DNA from: Candidatus Poribacteria bacterium
GTDB taxonomy: Bacteria > Poribacteria > WGA-4E > WGA-3G
Length of the DNA stretch: 64,000 nt
Assembly (NCBI GenBank): GCA_965197475.1
Contig: CBDANF010000002.1
Location: 32,001 to 96,000, forward strand
Direction of reading: 5' to 3'
Shown: one piece after another, positions 54,686 to 64,000 of the stretch
How positions within the stretch are numbered: the first letter of the stretch is position 1
Layout: each line of letters opens with the position of its first letter
Notes under the pieces: model-generated
Seen by the model: the letters and a program-made list of their open reading frames with translations, nothing else
What the model was told of the DNA's origin: nothing
Databases searched by the model: none
Position numbers and translations under genes: made by a program

Positions 54686-56281
54686 TCAAGGGACTTTCAT
54701 GAGGTAAAGGTAAAAGCCTTCATCGCCGATTGTTGAACCTGTAAATTGTTCCAATAATGTGAGTTGATACTGCTCAATCAACTCAACCTCTAAAGTGCGA
54801 TTCATGATAATTAGTACGTCTTGAGTGTTTTGCGTGCTTAGAGTTTTGGCTTCTTCAACAAGGTTTTCGTTAGTAACACCGTGATTTCTGGCTGTGTCCC
54901 ATCTGACAAAAGATCCGAATCGGCTACCTTTGGGATAGTAAATCTCCTTTTTTTCCAAATATCTTACGACAGTGCTAATAGCAAAATCTGTGTCCCCGAC
55001 CATGAGCATTTCTTGCATATCTTGTGCCTTGATATACTCAGCAGTCCTTTTTCCGTTAGAAAAGATGTGGTCAATATCCATACGGAGCGCAGTAATGCCA
55101 CCGAGAAAATGAAAAATAAGGATAACGGTGAAAACAGGACCGAAGAGCCGCTGTGCAAATTCGCTAAGTCGGTTGAATGGAGCGTTAATCTCAGGGCAAT
55201 CATTGTAGATCCAATTGGTCATTACAAAAGTGAAAAACAGGAACTCATGATGGCGCATACTTCCGTGATATTTGACATAGAAAAATGCAAGGAGTCCAAC
55301 GGTGGCTACCAAATAAATAAGAAGCGCGGTAGGGCGTTTCAAGAAACGGAGAACACACCAGAACACAATCAGATAACAGAGCGGCAATCGAATTAACTGA
55401 AAGATAGGGATACTATTAAGCCGACTGCTACCCCAAAACCCCATGTCTGCTCTTGAAAACGGGAGGAAAGCGTTCGTAATGATTCTGATGATGTTGTTCA
55501 CGCGCTGTATTTCAAACTTAAAGTGCCATACGACAGCGAATCCTGTATCTGAAGGAGGGTTGAGTTGTAGAACTGCAGTTATGATGCCAAAGCCGATGAG
55601 AGCAAAACCTATCCAGATGTGTCTCCTATTTTCGGTGAGCATCTCCTCTCTACAGCAGTAGAAATAGAGGTATTCACACATGAGGGCAAACCCGATAGCG
55701 ATGGTTACGATGAGGGCATGCACGCTGGTGTGGGCAAGCAGAATTAGGACAACACCGATCCACACAAATCGTTTATAACGTTCCCTAAAGAGCACGCAAA
55801 AGATAGTGATAAGCAGCACACTGATCGCATAATTTCGGGCAACAATAGCGTATTCGTAAAGGGCGAAATATCCGAAAGAGAAGAGAAATTTTTGAACTCT
55901 ATTAAAAGGAGCGTAGCGCGTAAAAAGAAAAACCGTTGTGGCAGCAATCAAAAGGTGAAACACCTGCATAATAACAGGCGATGTCGTGATGCGACTGAGG
56001 GGCATTAAGCAGAGATGCCATAACGCTGGATGCCCCTCATATTTCATATTGGCGAAGAGTTCAAAGACAGACGCACTATCCCTCGCGAGGAGCCATGCTT
56101 GGATTTCGTCCCGCCACATTTCATGGTGTATGGCACCATAACCCCCTACAAGCATGAAAACTACTGTTAGTCCGCAAGCGTAGTAGAAATCCTTTTTAGT
56201 AGACGAAACTTGCCTCTCTGATTCATGTACATTAGACAGAGTTTCATGTTCCGAGGGTTGGGTCAAATTCTGAAGAAACAT
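54686..56281 (-). CDS. Polytopic membrane protein, probable GT-C glycosyltransferase
   Basis: HHEMWRDE.QAWL, YEGHP.LW, EYAIVARNY; about 11 TM plus a periplasmic tail. Confidence 0.65.
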   Translation of the reverse strand: MFLQNLTQPSEHETLSNVHESERQVSSTKKDFYYACGLTVVFMLVGGYGAIHHEMWRDEIQAWLLARDSASVFELFANMKYEGHPALWHLCLMPLSRITTSPVIMQVFHLLIAATTVFLFTRYAPFNRVQKFLFSFGYFALYEYAIVARNYAISVLLITIFCVLFRERYKRFVWIGVVLILLAHTSVHALIVTIAIGFALMCEYLYFYCCREEMLTENRRHIWIGFALIGFGIITAVLQLNPPSDTGFAVVWHFKFEIQRVNNIIRIITNAFLPFSRADMGFWGSSRLNSIPIFQLIRLPLCYLIVFWCVLRFLKRPTALLIYLVATVGLLAFFYVKYHGSMRHHEFLFFTFVMTNWIYNDCPEINAPFNRLSEFAQRLFGPVFTVILIFHFLGGITALRMDIDHIFSNGKRTAEYIKAQDMQEMLMVGDTDFAISTVVRYLEKKEIYYPKGSRFGSFVRWDTARNHGVTNENLVEEAKTLSTQNTQDVLIIMNRTLEVELIEQYQLTLLEQFTGSTIGDEGFYLYLMKVP

Positions 56282-56291
56282 TGAATCAATT

Positions 56292-57356
56292 CTACTGTGC
56301 CCCTAAACTTGAAATAGGTAACCATATACCTCCGGTGCTGCGTGTGATGAATTTTTGGAACGGTTCATCAAGACCGATGACATCAACTTTGATTTTAGCA
56401 TCATTCATTTTCTTTAGCACATCACTGGCAGAATAGTTACCACTGACATATTCGTCAGTGATCAAGATGAAATGTACATCCGCATTTTGCCTTGTGGTGA
56501 CTTCGTCAGCCGCTCGGATAAGCGCATCTAAAGTTTTTTCACCACCATGGCATTTCACTTGTGAGAGAAGTCTTTTGATTTGAGGCACAGAACGGGTTTG
56601 CGGTATAAGTTCAAAATCCCATCCCAGCATATTATATGCGGTGTTATCTCGAAAAATGACGATACCGAGCGTGAAATCAAGTTCGGCAGCATCAAACAGT
56701 TCGGTCATGCGGTTTAGATGGTTTCGGACTGCGTTAATATTATCCTTCATACTGCCGCTGCCATCAATAACAAAGACGATATCCACCATATCAGTGGTCC
56801 GGTTTGCTACGACGTGCTGCCCAATTCGTGTGAGAATTACATTTGGCATCGGTAGGTCACTGACATCTGGCAGTGCGTCATCAATAGGCGGTTTGAAAGA
56901 CGAGTGTTTTGTGCTGCGAAACATGCCTTGCGGCTCGAATTTAGCTGTCCCTCGCCGACTTCCCATGTCTTGATTAATGGCTGGAACCGTAGAATTTATA
57001 CCGGATTTGTCAATTCCTACAGTGCGGGGATTAGGAAGGAAAAAACCACGTAAAGGCGTTGACGGATTCCGATGCACAATTGGTGCTGTGGTAGGTAAAG
57101 ATGCTACCGGAGGGTTCACCTCGGTCGAAATCTGCTTTTGCTTAACGGGTGTAAATTTTGGAGGAATATACATTTCCCGCTTTAAGGTTCGTAAAGCTCG
57201 TTTCGGACGCACCTCTGATATTTCAAGGTGTGTGATGTCTTCAATCGGACTCGGTTCACTATGGTGTAGTGTTGTGAGGACAGAAACCAAAACGATATGA
57301 ACGCCTATAGAAAGGACGAGGGCATTGCGGATGGTTTTTGTAACTTTAGGTTTCAT
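56292..57356 (-). CDS. Membrane-anchored von Willebrand factor A domain protein
   Basis: S..VH anchor, Pro-rich linker, DIVFVIDGSGSM (MIDAS), GGE, LITDE; likely start MKPKV at 57356. Confidence 0.85.
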   Translation of the reverse strand: MKPKVTKTIRNALVLSIGVHIVLVSVLTTLHHSEPSPIEDITHLEISEVRPKRALRTLKREMYIPPKFTPVKQKQISTEVNPPVASLPTTAPIVHRNPSTPLRGFFLPNPRTVGIDKSGINSTVPAINQDMGSRRGTAKFEPQGMFRSTKHSSFKPPIDDALPDVSDLPMPNVILTRIGQHVVANRTTDMVDIVFVIDGSGSMKDNINAVRNHLNRMTELFDAAELDFTLGIVIFRDNTAYNMLGWDFELIPQTRSVPQIKRLLSQVKCHGGEKTLDALIRAADEVTTRQNADVHFILITDEYVSGNYSASDVLKKMNDAKIKVDVIGLDEPFQKFITRSTGGIWLPISSLGAQ

Positions 57357-57466
57357 ATCACACATCCAGACTTCTCTAGGCGCATGTTGATATATTTTTA
57401 GCAGAGATAACAATAGAGTCTTATCACTCTCATAATCTAACCAACGCGCGCTGGTGTTATCTTATT

Positions 57467-58571
57467 GAGGGTGTTTCATAAATCATTTTTTATTGAAATA
57501 CAGTTTTGATATGAGTTACATTTCGGGTGGGTCTCTCCCACCGGACATTCATCAACATAGCGAGTTGTAGAAGCATCACCCTGAGTCCTAAAAAAGTGGA
57601 TACGTAAGCCAGACTGCTGACAGGTAAAGGTTTATGCTGCCCCGTCGTTGCTAAGAGTTTGCTAAGTAAATCAAAAGTCGGTTCAATAGTTGTTTTCCGT
57701 GCCTCTTTCCCCTCGTTGAATAAAGCAACCGCCATGGCATCCATAGGTCCCAAAACCGCTTGTGCCTGTTCAACGCAGGTGTCGGGTGTTATGAGCATCA
57801 TCTTCTCCCTCGCAAAAGCGACGCTGCGTCTTTTATCTCTATAACCAGCATCAGCGATAAGACACGTAATCCCTTTTGCGACGATGCGGCTTTGCTTTTT
57901 ATCAAGCACCTTGCGTTCATTGACATTTACGGGCAATACCTCAAACATCACAGGAAATTCGTCTCGGGTGGTAGTAAGATGGATCCCATATCCATATACC
58001 CATCCGTGATAGCCACTTTTAGACCAATGTGCGGTTTTATCAACATTACGGAGGCCTTTGGGAATATGGTTTTTCGCACGATGTTTCTTGTGCCAGACAG
58101 GCCCTGTGGCTTTGAACAAACTCTTGTCTTCATAGGCGATGGTGTGTGAAAAACCATAGCCGTTTGCGACTGTCCACTCCGCAATGAACTCGCAAAACTC
58201 GGTAAGCAGCGGACACAATGCTTTATATCTGCGTGCCAGTGTCGGTGCGATGGACAAAACGGAAGACGCAGTGTCTTAAGCATTATCGGATGCGTGCCCA
58301 ACCAGCAGTGTTGTACGCGTATCGTGTTGATCTGCTTCAGCGTCATCATCGCATAAAAGACAAGGAGCGAAGCATCTGCATAGGTTTTCGGTCTCCCTCT
58401 GCTGATAACGGTTTCTTTTGTTTTAGCAAACTCATCAAGCAAAAAAATAAAAATGTGATATACTCTTTCATGTCAGGATAATACATGGAATACTCATTCA
58501 ATGGTTTAGATTTTTATTAGAAGGATACTCACTATCCTGACACATCGCAACTTTATTTATGAAACACCCTC
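57467..58571 (-). mobile_element. DDE insertion sequence (IS4/IS5/IS982-like), inactivated
   Basis: Perfect 17-bp TIRs GAGGGTGTTTCATAAAT/ATTTATGAAACACCCTC; no clean TSD. Confidence 0.85.
57490..58471 (-). pseudogene. Doubly frameshifted DDE transposase
   Basis: RGRPK.Y, PTLARR, EDKS, W.KS.YHGWVYGY..H, ADAGY, R.TIEP.F; frameshifts near 58445 (poly-T) and 58250. Confidence 0.85.
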
Positions 58572-58608
58572 AATTTATGTAAGTTCAAATTAGGATTTAA
58601 TTCGAACC

Positions 58609-58676
58609 GGCGCGGTTACAAACCGCGCCTACCAGAAAAACGGTGTGTATAAATCTGGCTTACAAAGCCCTCCCAC
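58609..58676. repeat. REP-like hairpins (GTAG and GTGG types)
   Basis: GGCGCGGTT-ACA-AACCGCGCC-TAC and GGCTTACAAAGCCCTCCCAC; related motifs at 19221, 37537, 47979, 49743, 52716 and 63779. Confidence 0.7.
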
Positions 58677-58743
58677 AGTTTATGAGATAACCTCTAATTT
58701 GTCTACAAAATGTTTGAAGGTGGTTATTAAAACGTAAAACATC

Positions 58744-61700
58744 TCATCGCGTTGACGCTTGCAGGGAAGTTTCTAATTTTCTACGAAGGATCACACCCCA
58801 CTGACCGACAACCCAAAGTGTTTTTCCATTTTTAGCACGCGTAATAACATATAGATTATTGTCAATATCGGTATGTTCCTGTTCCCACGTTTCACCACCA
58901 TCAGTTGAGCGGATAATCATCCCTTCTTCACCAGCGGCGTAGATTTCCTGTTCAGAAAGAGCGATAATTCCATGTAAAGTTTTTGGTGTACCAGTTAATT
59001 TAGGTTGCCAAGTAAAACCGCCATCTACCGTCTTTAGCACAAGTCCACCTTGTCCAACTGCCCATCCCTTCCGTTTAGTGATAAATGAAACGGAATTTAA
59101 GTCATAAACCGTATTCGATTCGTGGAATCGCCAATATTCACCACCGTTGATTGTCCGCTGGACGGCACCGCCTTGTCCAACAGCCCAACCGAGAGGCGCA
59201 AATTTCATATCAACGCTCATGAGTGTGTCGTTTGTCGTGGTACGCTGGAGTGTCCAGGTAGGTCCTCCATCTTTGTTATGGATGATGTCGCCGTATCTAC
59301 CAACTGCCCAACCTTCAGAAAATTTACCGAAGTCAACATCGCTCAGGGAGAATGTTCCGGGAGGATCGCCCTCAAGAAAAGGCGGTTGCTCAGGGGTGTC
59401 ACCTGCTGTCCAAGTATTTCCGTCAGTCGTATAGAGAACTGTTCCGTCACGGCGCATTGTCCAACCCCATTTGGGTTCAAGACTGGCGAAATGTATACCG
59501 ATAAAGCGTTGACGCGTTTGGACAGCAAGCCGTTCCCAAGTTTGTCCACCATCTTGTGTCTCCAGTAAGTTGCCATTACCATTCGCTATCCATCCAATTT
59601 TGTCGTTATAAAAAAGGACTTCTCGGAAATCATTACGATCCTGTTCACCGAGTTGCCGTTCCCACGTTTTTCCACCGTCTTTGGTGCGATAAATGCTGCC
59701 CGCGCCTCCAACTGCCCAGGCGTGTTGTGCGTCAAGGAAATAGACACTGGCGATTCCGCCGCCACCGCGTCCACCGAAACGTCTTCTCGGTTCAAGTTGT
59801 GGCGGTGGTTGCTGTTGGTTTGGATTCCGCCCTCCCTGTTCAGTGTTAGATGGCAGTAATCCTTCGGGGGTTAAGCGACCTGCGCGTTGTCTCTCCTGCC
59901 GAAGTTGTCTTTGGAATATATCAACGAGTGTCTCCTCACCTGGCGGAGTCGATTCTTCTTCGTCCTCCATCTCATCTTCCTCAGATTCTTCTGATGTTTC
60001 TGGAATAGGTTGTTGCATGGCGAAGATGTCGTCTCCTATAGAGACAGGAACGGGTTCCCAATTTACACCTTGATCTTCTGTGATATATGCACCGCCACCG
60101 CCTATTCCCCAAGCGTGGGTATGAGATCGAAAAGTAATACTTCTCAAGCCGCGCGCGCTTTGTGCCGTGGCTTGCAGTTTCCATGTTTCGCCGCCATCTT
60201 CAGTCAACAGGGAGTTTCCATTGCCGAGAATTACCCATCCGTGGGTTTGGTCAGCAAAATGCACTGCAATCCCTGGCTGATTGGTTTTCGCCTGAATTTT
60301 CCAATAATTACCACCATCGACGGTTTGGAGTATGAATCCACCATCTCGCCGTTGCGGGGTAACTGCCCATCCTTCCTGACTATTAATAAAGTGAAGATCA
60401 GTGATATTTGCATTTGTCGTGCCAGTTTTCTGAATTTTCCACGTCTTGCCGCCATCAGTTGTGTGCAAGATTTGCCCAATTGATGCACCAAGCCACCCTT
60501 CATTCTCGTTTATGAACTGCATCATGCTTATACGTGGTAGGTTTTGAGCCGATGTTTTGACAATTGGCACCCATGTTTCGCCACCGTTTTTGGTTTGAAG
60601 TAAGATATTAGACCCAAGGATACGTCCATGTTTTTCATCTATGAATTCTACTTGACGCAAATTTTCGTTAACACCGCTATGTTGTGGTAGCCATGTTTTT
60701 CCACCATCAGTTGTATGTGCTATAGAGCCTCCAGAGCCAACCGCCCATCCGTTTTCGGTATCAACAAAATGTGTGTCGGCAAAATCTGTTCGCCAGGTTG
60801 CCTGACGGATAATATCCCAATGGTAAACGACAGATTCAACAGGTGTGTCCTCTTTTACAATTACGGTTTCTGGTTCCTCAGCAATAGGTGGCAATTTCGC
60901 TGGCAATTGCGCATCTTCAACCGAGTAACGCATCGCTATGCCACCTTTACCGACAGCGACTACACCATCAGGCGAGAGTGCTAATCCGTAAAGATCGTTT
61001 TCAGTGCCGCTTTCTTGAAGTTCCCATTTTTTCCCGCCGTTAACCGTAGTAAGCATAACACCGTTGTCACCGACGATTAATCCGTGCTGCGCATCAGCAA
61101 AATAGAGTTTATTTAAATTCTCTTGTGTCCTGCTCAATTGCAAATTCCATTTTTTCCCACCGTTTTTCGTATGTAAAATTTCGCCAAATTGCCCGACAAT
61201 CCAACCTGTGTTTTCATCAACGAAGTAGACAGCGTAAAGTTCATTGAAGGTATCGGTAGACTGCTGTTTCCATGTCAACCCGCCATCTTGTGTTGTTAGA
61301 CAAATACCCGGCCATCCGATTGCCCAACCTCTCTTTTCATCAAGGAAAAATACACCTTTTAACATGATTGAGTGAAAATCGCCGATAGGGATTTGTGACA
61401 ACCAAGTATTTCCACCATCAATTGTATGAAGAATAGTGCCAAGATCGCCGACGATCCACCCTATTTTGGCGTTAATAAAGTGGACAGAGCGGAGTACAAA
61501 TGCTGCAGGTGCACGCTGAGGTTTCCAGTTGGTCCCACCATCATCGGTGTGGATAATGAGCCCACGTTCTCCGACTGCCCAGCCGTGTTTGTCAGTAGCA
61601 AAATAGATGTTCCAGATTCCATCCCAGATGTCTGTGTCCAATTCGTTCCAAGTTTTTCCGCCATCGTTGCTCATCACCATACTGCCGCGCTTACCGACTG

Positions 61701-62790
61701 CGATGGCACGGTTGGCATCGGTAAACTGCACATTCTGTAAATCATTTGCAGTTGTACCGCTAACCATTTCCCAGGTTGCCCCAGCATCAGTCGTCCGCAG
61801 AATAGTGCCCGACCATCCGACTGCCCACGCCTCTTTCCGAGTAGTAAACTGAACTGCGGTCAAATTATTTTCGGTGCCGCTTTCCATCAATTGCCAGTTA
61901 TCACCACCGTCTTGTGTCCGGGTGATAAAGCCAATATCAGCGACAGCGATTCCGTTGTTTTCATCTGTGAAATGGATACTGTTAATTGTTTCTCGGACAT
62001 GCCCATTAATCAGCGGAATACGACTGTCTTGACGTTCCCAATTAACGCCGCCCGTTGTCGTGTGGAAAATAGAACCATCACTCCCAGCGATCCAACCCTC
62101 TTTTTCATTGACGAAGAAGACCTTCTTATTGTCATTAATCAATCGGTCACGTTCACCTTCAAAGCGATTACTCTGTTCCTGCCATGATTCACCACTTGTT
62201 TTGGTATGGAAAATCCTATCATAGGTACCGACAACCCACCCCTTGTTGTCACCAACGAACCAGACACCATTGAGTGGAAACTCACTCACGTATTCATACC
62301 GACGCCATGCTTTCCCACCGTTTTTTGTGTAAAGGACATCCGCATCTTCACCAACAATCCAACCTTTTTTTCCATTTGCAAAATAGACATCGCGCAGCAT
62401 TGCAGAAGTTCCACTTTCTTGCAAGTACCAGTGTTTACCACTATCATCAGTTGTTGCAATCTGACCATCATCACCGACCGCCCATCCATATTTTTCATTT
62501 GCAAAATAGACCGCCTTGAAATCGCCAGTAGTATCCACCTCCTGCTTTTGCCACGTTTTTCCGCCATCCGCTGTGTGGACAATTACGCCTCCAAGTCCAA
62601 CAAGCCATCCCTGTTTCGCGTTAACAAAATGCAGGTCTGTGAAGTTTGTCTCCCAATCAGCTTTACGTGTCGCTTCCATCTTAACACACCCGTTGATAAA
62701 GAGCATGACTGCAAGCATAAACGTGATGGTATATGAAGTGAGAATGATTTGCCAGTTTTTACCTGAAATATCGTGATACTTGAATTGCAT
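58744..62790 (-). CDS. Large YCF48/BNR (Asp-box) multi-propeller lipoprotein
   Basis: Lipobox INGC; many F....GW.VG..G.I.HT.DGG.TW repeats; likely start MQFKY at 62790. Confidence 0.9.
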   Translation of the reverse strand: MQFKYHDISGKNWQIILTSYTITFMLAVMLFINGCVKMEATRKADWETNFTDLHFVNAKQGWLVGLGGVIVHTADGGKTWQKQEVDTTGDFKAVYFANEKYGWAVGDDGQIATTDDSGKHWYLQESGTSAMLRDVYFANGKKGWIVGEDADVLYTKNGGKAWRRYEYVSEFPLNGVWFVGDNKGWVVGTYDRIFHTKTSGESWQEQSNRFEGERDRLINDNKKVFFVNEKEGWIAGSDGSIFHTTTGGVNWERQDSRIPLINGHVRETINSIHFTDENNGIAVADIGFITRTQDGGDNWQLMESGTENNLTAVQFTTRKEAWAVGWSGTILRTTDAGATWEMVSGTTANDLQNVQFTDANRAIAVGKRGSMVMSNDGGKTWNELDTDIWDGIWNIYFATDKHGWAVGERGLIIHTDDGGTNWKPQRAPAAFVLRSVHFINAKIGWIVGDLGTILHTIDGGNTWLSQIPIGDFHSIMLKGVFFLDEKRGWAIGWPGICLTTQDGGLTWKQQSTDTFNELYAVYFVDENTGWIVGQFGEILHTKNGGKKWNLQLSRTQENLNKLYFADAQHGLIVGDNGVMLTTVNGGKKWELQESGTENDLYGLALSPDGVVAVGKGGIAMRYSVEDAQLPAKLPPIAEEPETVIVKEDTPVESVVYHWDIIRQATWRTDFADTHFVDTENGWAVGSGGSIAHTTDGGKTWLPQHSGVNENLRQVEFIDEKHGRILGSNILLQTKNGGETWVPIVKTSAQNLPRISMMQFINENEGWLGASIGQILHTTDGGKTWKIQKTGTTNANITDLHFINSQEGWAVTPQRRDGGFILQTVDGGNYWKIQAKTNQPGIAVHFADQTHGWVILGNGNSLLTEDGGETWKLQATAQSARGLRSITFRSHTHAWGIGGGGAYITEDQGVNWEPVPVSIGDDIFAMQQPIPETSEESEEDEMEDEEESTPPGEETLVDIFQRQLRQERQRAGRLTPEGLLPSNTEQGGRNPNQQQPPPQLEPRRRFGGRGGGGIASVYFLDAQHAWAVGGAGSIYRTKDGGKTWERQLGEQDRNDFREVLFYNDKIGWIANGNGNLLETQDGGQTWERLAVQTRQRFIGIHFASLEPKWGWTMRRDGTVLYTTDGNTWTAGDTPEQPPFLEGDPPGTFSLSDVDFGKFSEGWAVGRYGDIIHNKDGGPTWTLQRTTTNDTLMSVDMKFAPLGWAVGQGGAVQRTINGGEYWRFHESNTVYDLNSVSFITKRKGWAVGQGGLVLKTVDGGFTWQPKLTGTPKTLHGIIALSEQEIYAAGEEGMIIRSTDGGETWEQEHTDIDNNLYVITRAKNGKTLWVVGQWGVILRRKLETSLQASTR

Positions 62791-62812
62791 TCTGATTTCC
62801 TCCGATTGTATC

Positions 62813-63736
62813 TTAGTAAGCGTCTTCACCAAAAAAACCTGAGCGGACTACTGCAATAATTATAGCGATGCCTACACAAAGTGCTATGAGGCCTATTTGA
62901 ATGAATACCAACTTGGCAGAATACACGTGTGGTATTCTGCATGCTTCCAATCTCTGAATTGCTTGTATACGTCCAACCTGCGCCAAAAATGGCGAAATCA
63001 CTAATAAAAGAACACTTGCTGATGGGACTTCAGCATAAAAATAACCGTTCATCCAGATGCCAACAAGAAGAATAGTCACCACAGGGGATACGCTGACTGG
63101 CAAAGCTTCCCAGTTGCTGTTGGAATCAGATTTTATGCCACGCTGTAAAACAATTGCCAGAATCCAAATCGCTGCGAAAAGTGCAACTAAAATTCCGGCA
63201 TGTAGTGCTAATCGGATACTTCCTGAAAGTGCAAGAATCAACGCTGTCCCACCCGAAAGTCCAAAGTAGACAAATGGACTGGAAACACCAGAAGGTAGTA
63301 CTGTAAAACTCTGTTGAACTATATTACAAAAAATTAGTATCCCAACTGCAAGGCATGCCCACCAGATAATTCCTTCAAATGGGCCCCAAGTATATTGAAA
63401 ATATGAATTCAAAAGTATACGCGGTAAAGCAATTGAATAGATGAGTTGCGATATTAAGGCTCTCCATCGCGAGATATGCCAATAAGTACTAGAAAAAATT
63501 GCAATAATAGTGAAGTATAAGACCCAGTGTATACTTTCTCTTGGAGGAAAGATCAGTTTACCTTCTATTCCGAAGTACCCGATGATGTATCCAATTCCCA
63601 AAGCAGCCACAATTAACCACTGCAGTAATGTTTTATTTCCATCGCGCTTCCATTGAATTGCTACGATAACATAAATCCCTCCGCAAACGATAGCAGGCAA
63701 GAGCATACTGAAAAACAACTGATTCAAAGTTAGCAC
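62813..63736 (-). CDS. Hypothetical polytopic membrane protein
   Basis: About 9-10 hydrophobic segments; co-oriented with the YCF48 gene. Confidence 0.75.
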   Translation of the reverse strand: MLTLNQLFFSMLLPAIVCGGIYVIVAIQWKRDGNKTLLQWLIVAALGIGYIIGYFGIEGKLIFPPRESIHWVLYFTIIAIFSSTYWHISRWRALISQLIYSIALPRILLNSYFQYTWGPFEGIIWWACLAVGILIFCNIVQQSFTVLPSGVSSPFVYFGLSGGTALILALSGSIRLALHAGILVALFAAIWILAIVLQRGIKSDSNSNWEALPVSVSPVVTILLVGIWMNGYFYAEVPSASVLLLVISPFLAQVGRIQAIQRLEACRIPHVYSAKLVFIQIGLIALCVGIAIIIAVVRSGFFGEDAY

Positions 63737-63829
63737 TGCTTAAGACCTCTGACGATTCATGACTTGCTAAGTGCTCTTGTGGGAGGGAAACTTTGTAAGC
63801 CCGATTTCTTGTAGGGAACTTTGGAATGT

Positions 63830-64000
63830 CTATTTATGTGCTGCTTCTACACTCACAGTAATTTGGATTTCATCATTGACACCTTCCATACCGAAGGTAA
63901 AACCGTATTCGCTACGCTTTATGTCAAACGTTGTTAGGAATCCCATGACTTCTCCAACCTGTGGCACATTCGCTTTTCCCGTAATTTCAACATCAACAGT
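63830..64000 (-). CDS. C-terminal part of a YceI-family protein (starts outside the window)
   Basis: Manual translation ...GFLTTFDIKRSEYGFTFGMEGVNDEIQITVSVEAAHK* matches the YceI C-terminal pattern (I.RS.(F/Y)G...V.DE..I....EA). Confidence 0.75.
   Translation of the reverse strand, partial: TVDVEITGKANVPQVGEVMGFLTTFDIKRSEYGFTFGMEGVNDEIQITVSVEAAHK

Noticed and set aside
36209-62776. Long antisense ORFs (36209-36796, 43423-44040, 54881-55396, 60010-60483, 62206-62736 and similar)
   Set aside because: They are shadows of well-supported genes on the opposite strand, with no motifs of their own.
1-64000. CRISPR array, cas genes, rRNA or tRNA
   Set aside because: No regularly spaced repeat-spacer array or recognisable RNA gene was seen. 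The periodic sequences are coding repeats (LRR, WD40, BNR) or MITE/REP elements.

Overview
A 64-kb bacterial chromosomal window. Its protein repertoire (dockerin plus C-terminal FlgD-Ig/'NYPNPFNPETWIPY' modules, internalin-like LRR, WD40-cohesin, YCF48/BNR and lamin-tail proteins) suggests Candidatus Poribacteria or a relative; this is inference, not a database result. From left to right it holds: the end of a glycan locus (Wzy/O-antigen-ligase-like gene, two sulfotransferases, MurJ-like flippase, cytidylyltransferase, FGGY-like kinase); a 2.0-kb element with 13-bp terminal inverted repeats that encodes only two DUF1670-like proteins and carries a near-consensus promoter in front of a structured non-coding segment (the most novel signal); dockerin-tagged secreted proteins; an intact IS1-family element; a hen1-pnkp RNA repair operon; a YbiB/TrpD-like gene; a duplicated, hypervariable cassette downstream of an NtrC-family two-component system; glpK; a SpoIVB-type protease and beta-propeller pair; bioA with a ferredoxin-membrane-HSP20-like fusion; two WD40-cohesin proteins; hisC; ispG; GT-C-like membrane proteins; a nested ISKra4/MITE hotspot; and VWA, YCF48 and YceI genes. 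Several MITEs and GTAG/GTGG REP-like hairpins are scattered in intergenic DNA. No CRISPR array, rRNA or tRNA was recognised. All coordinates were read by eye and family calls come from motif recognition only.
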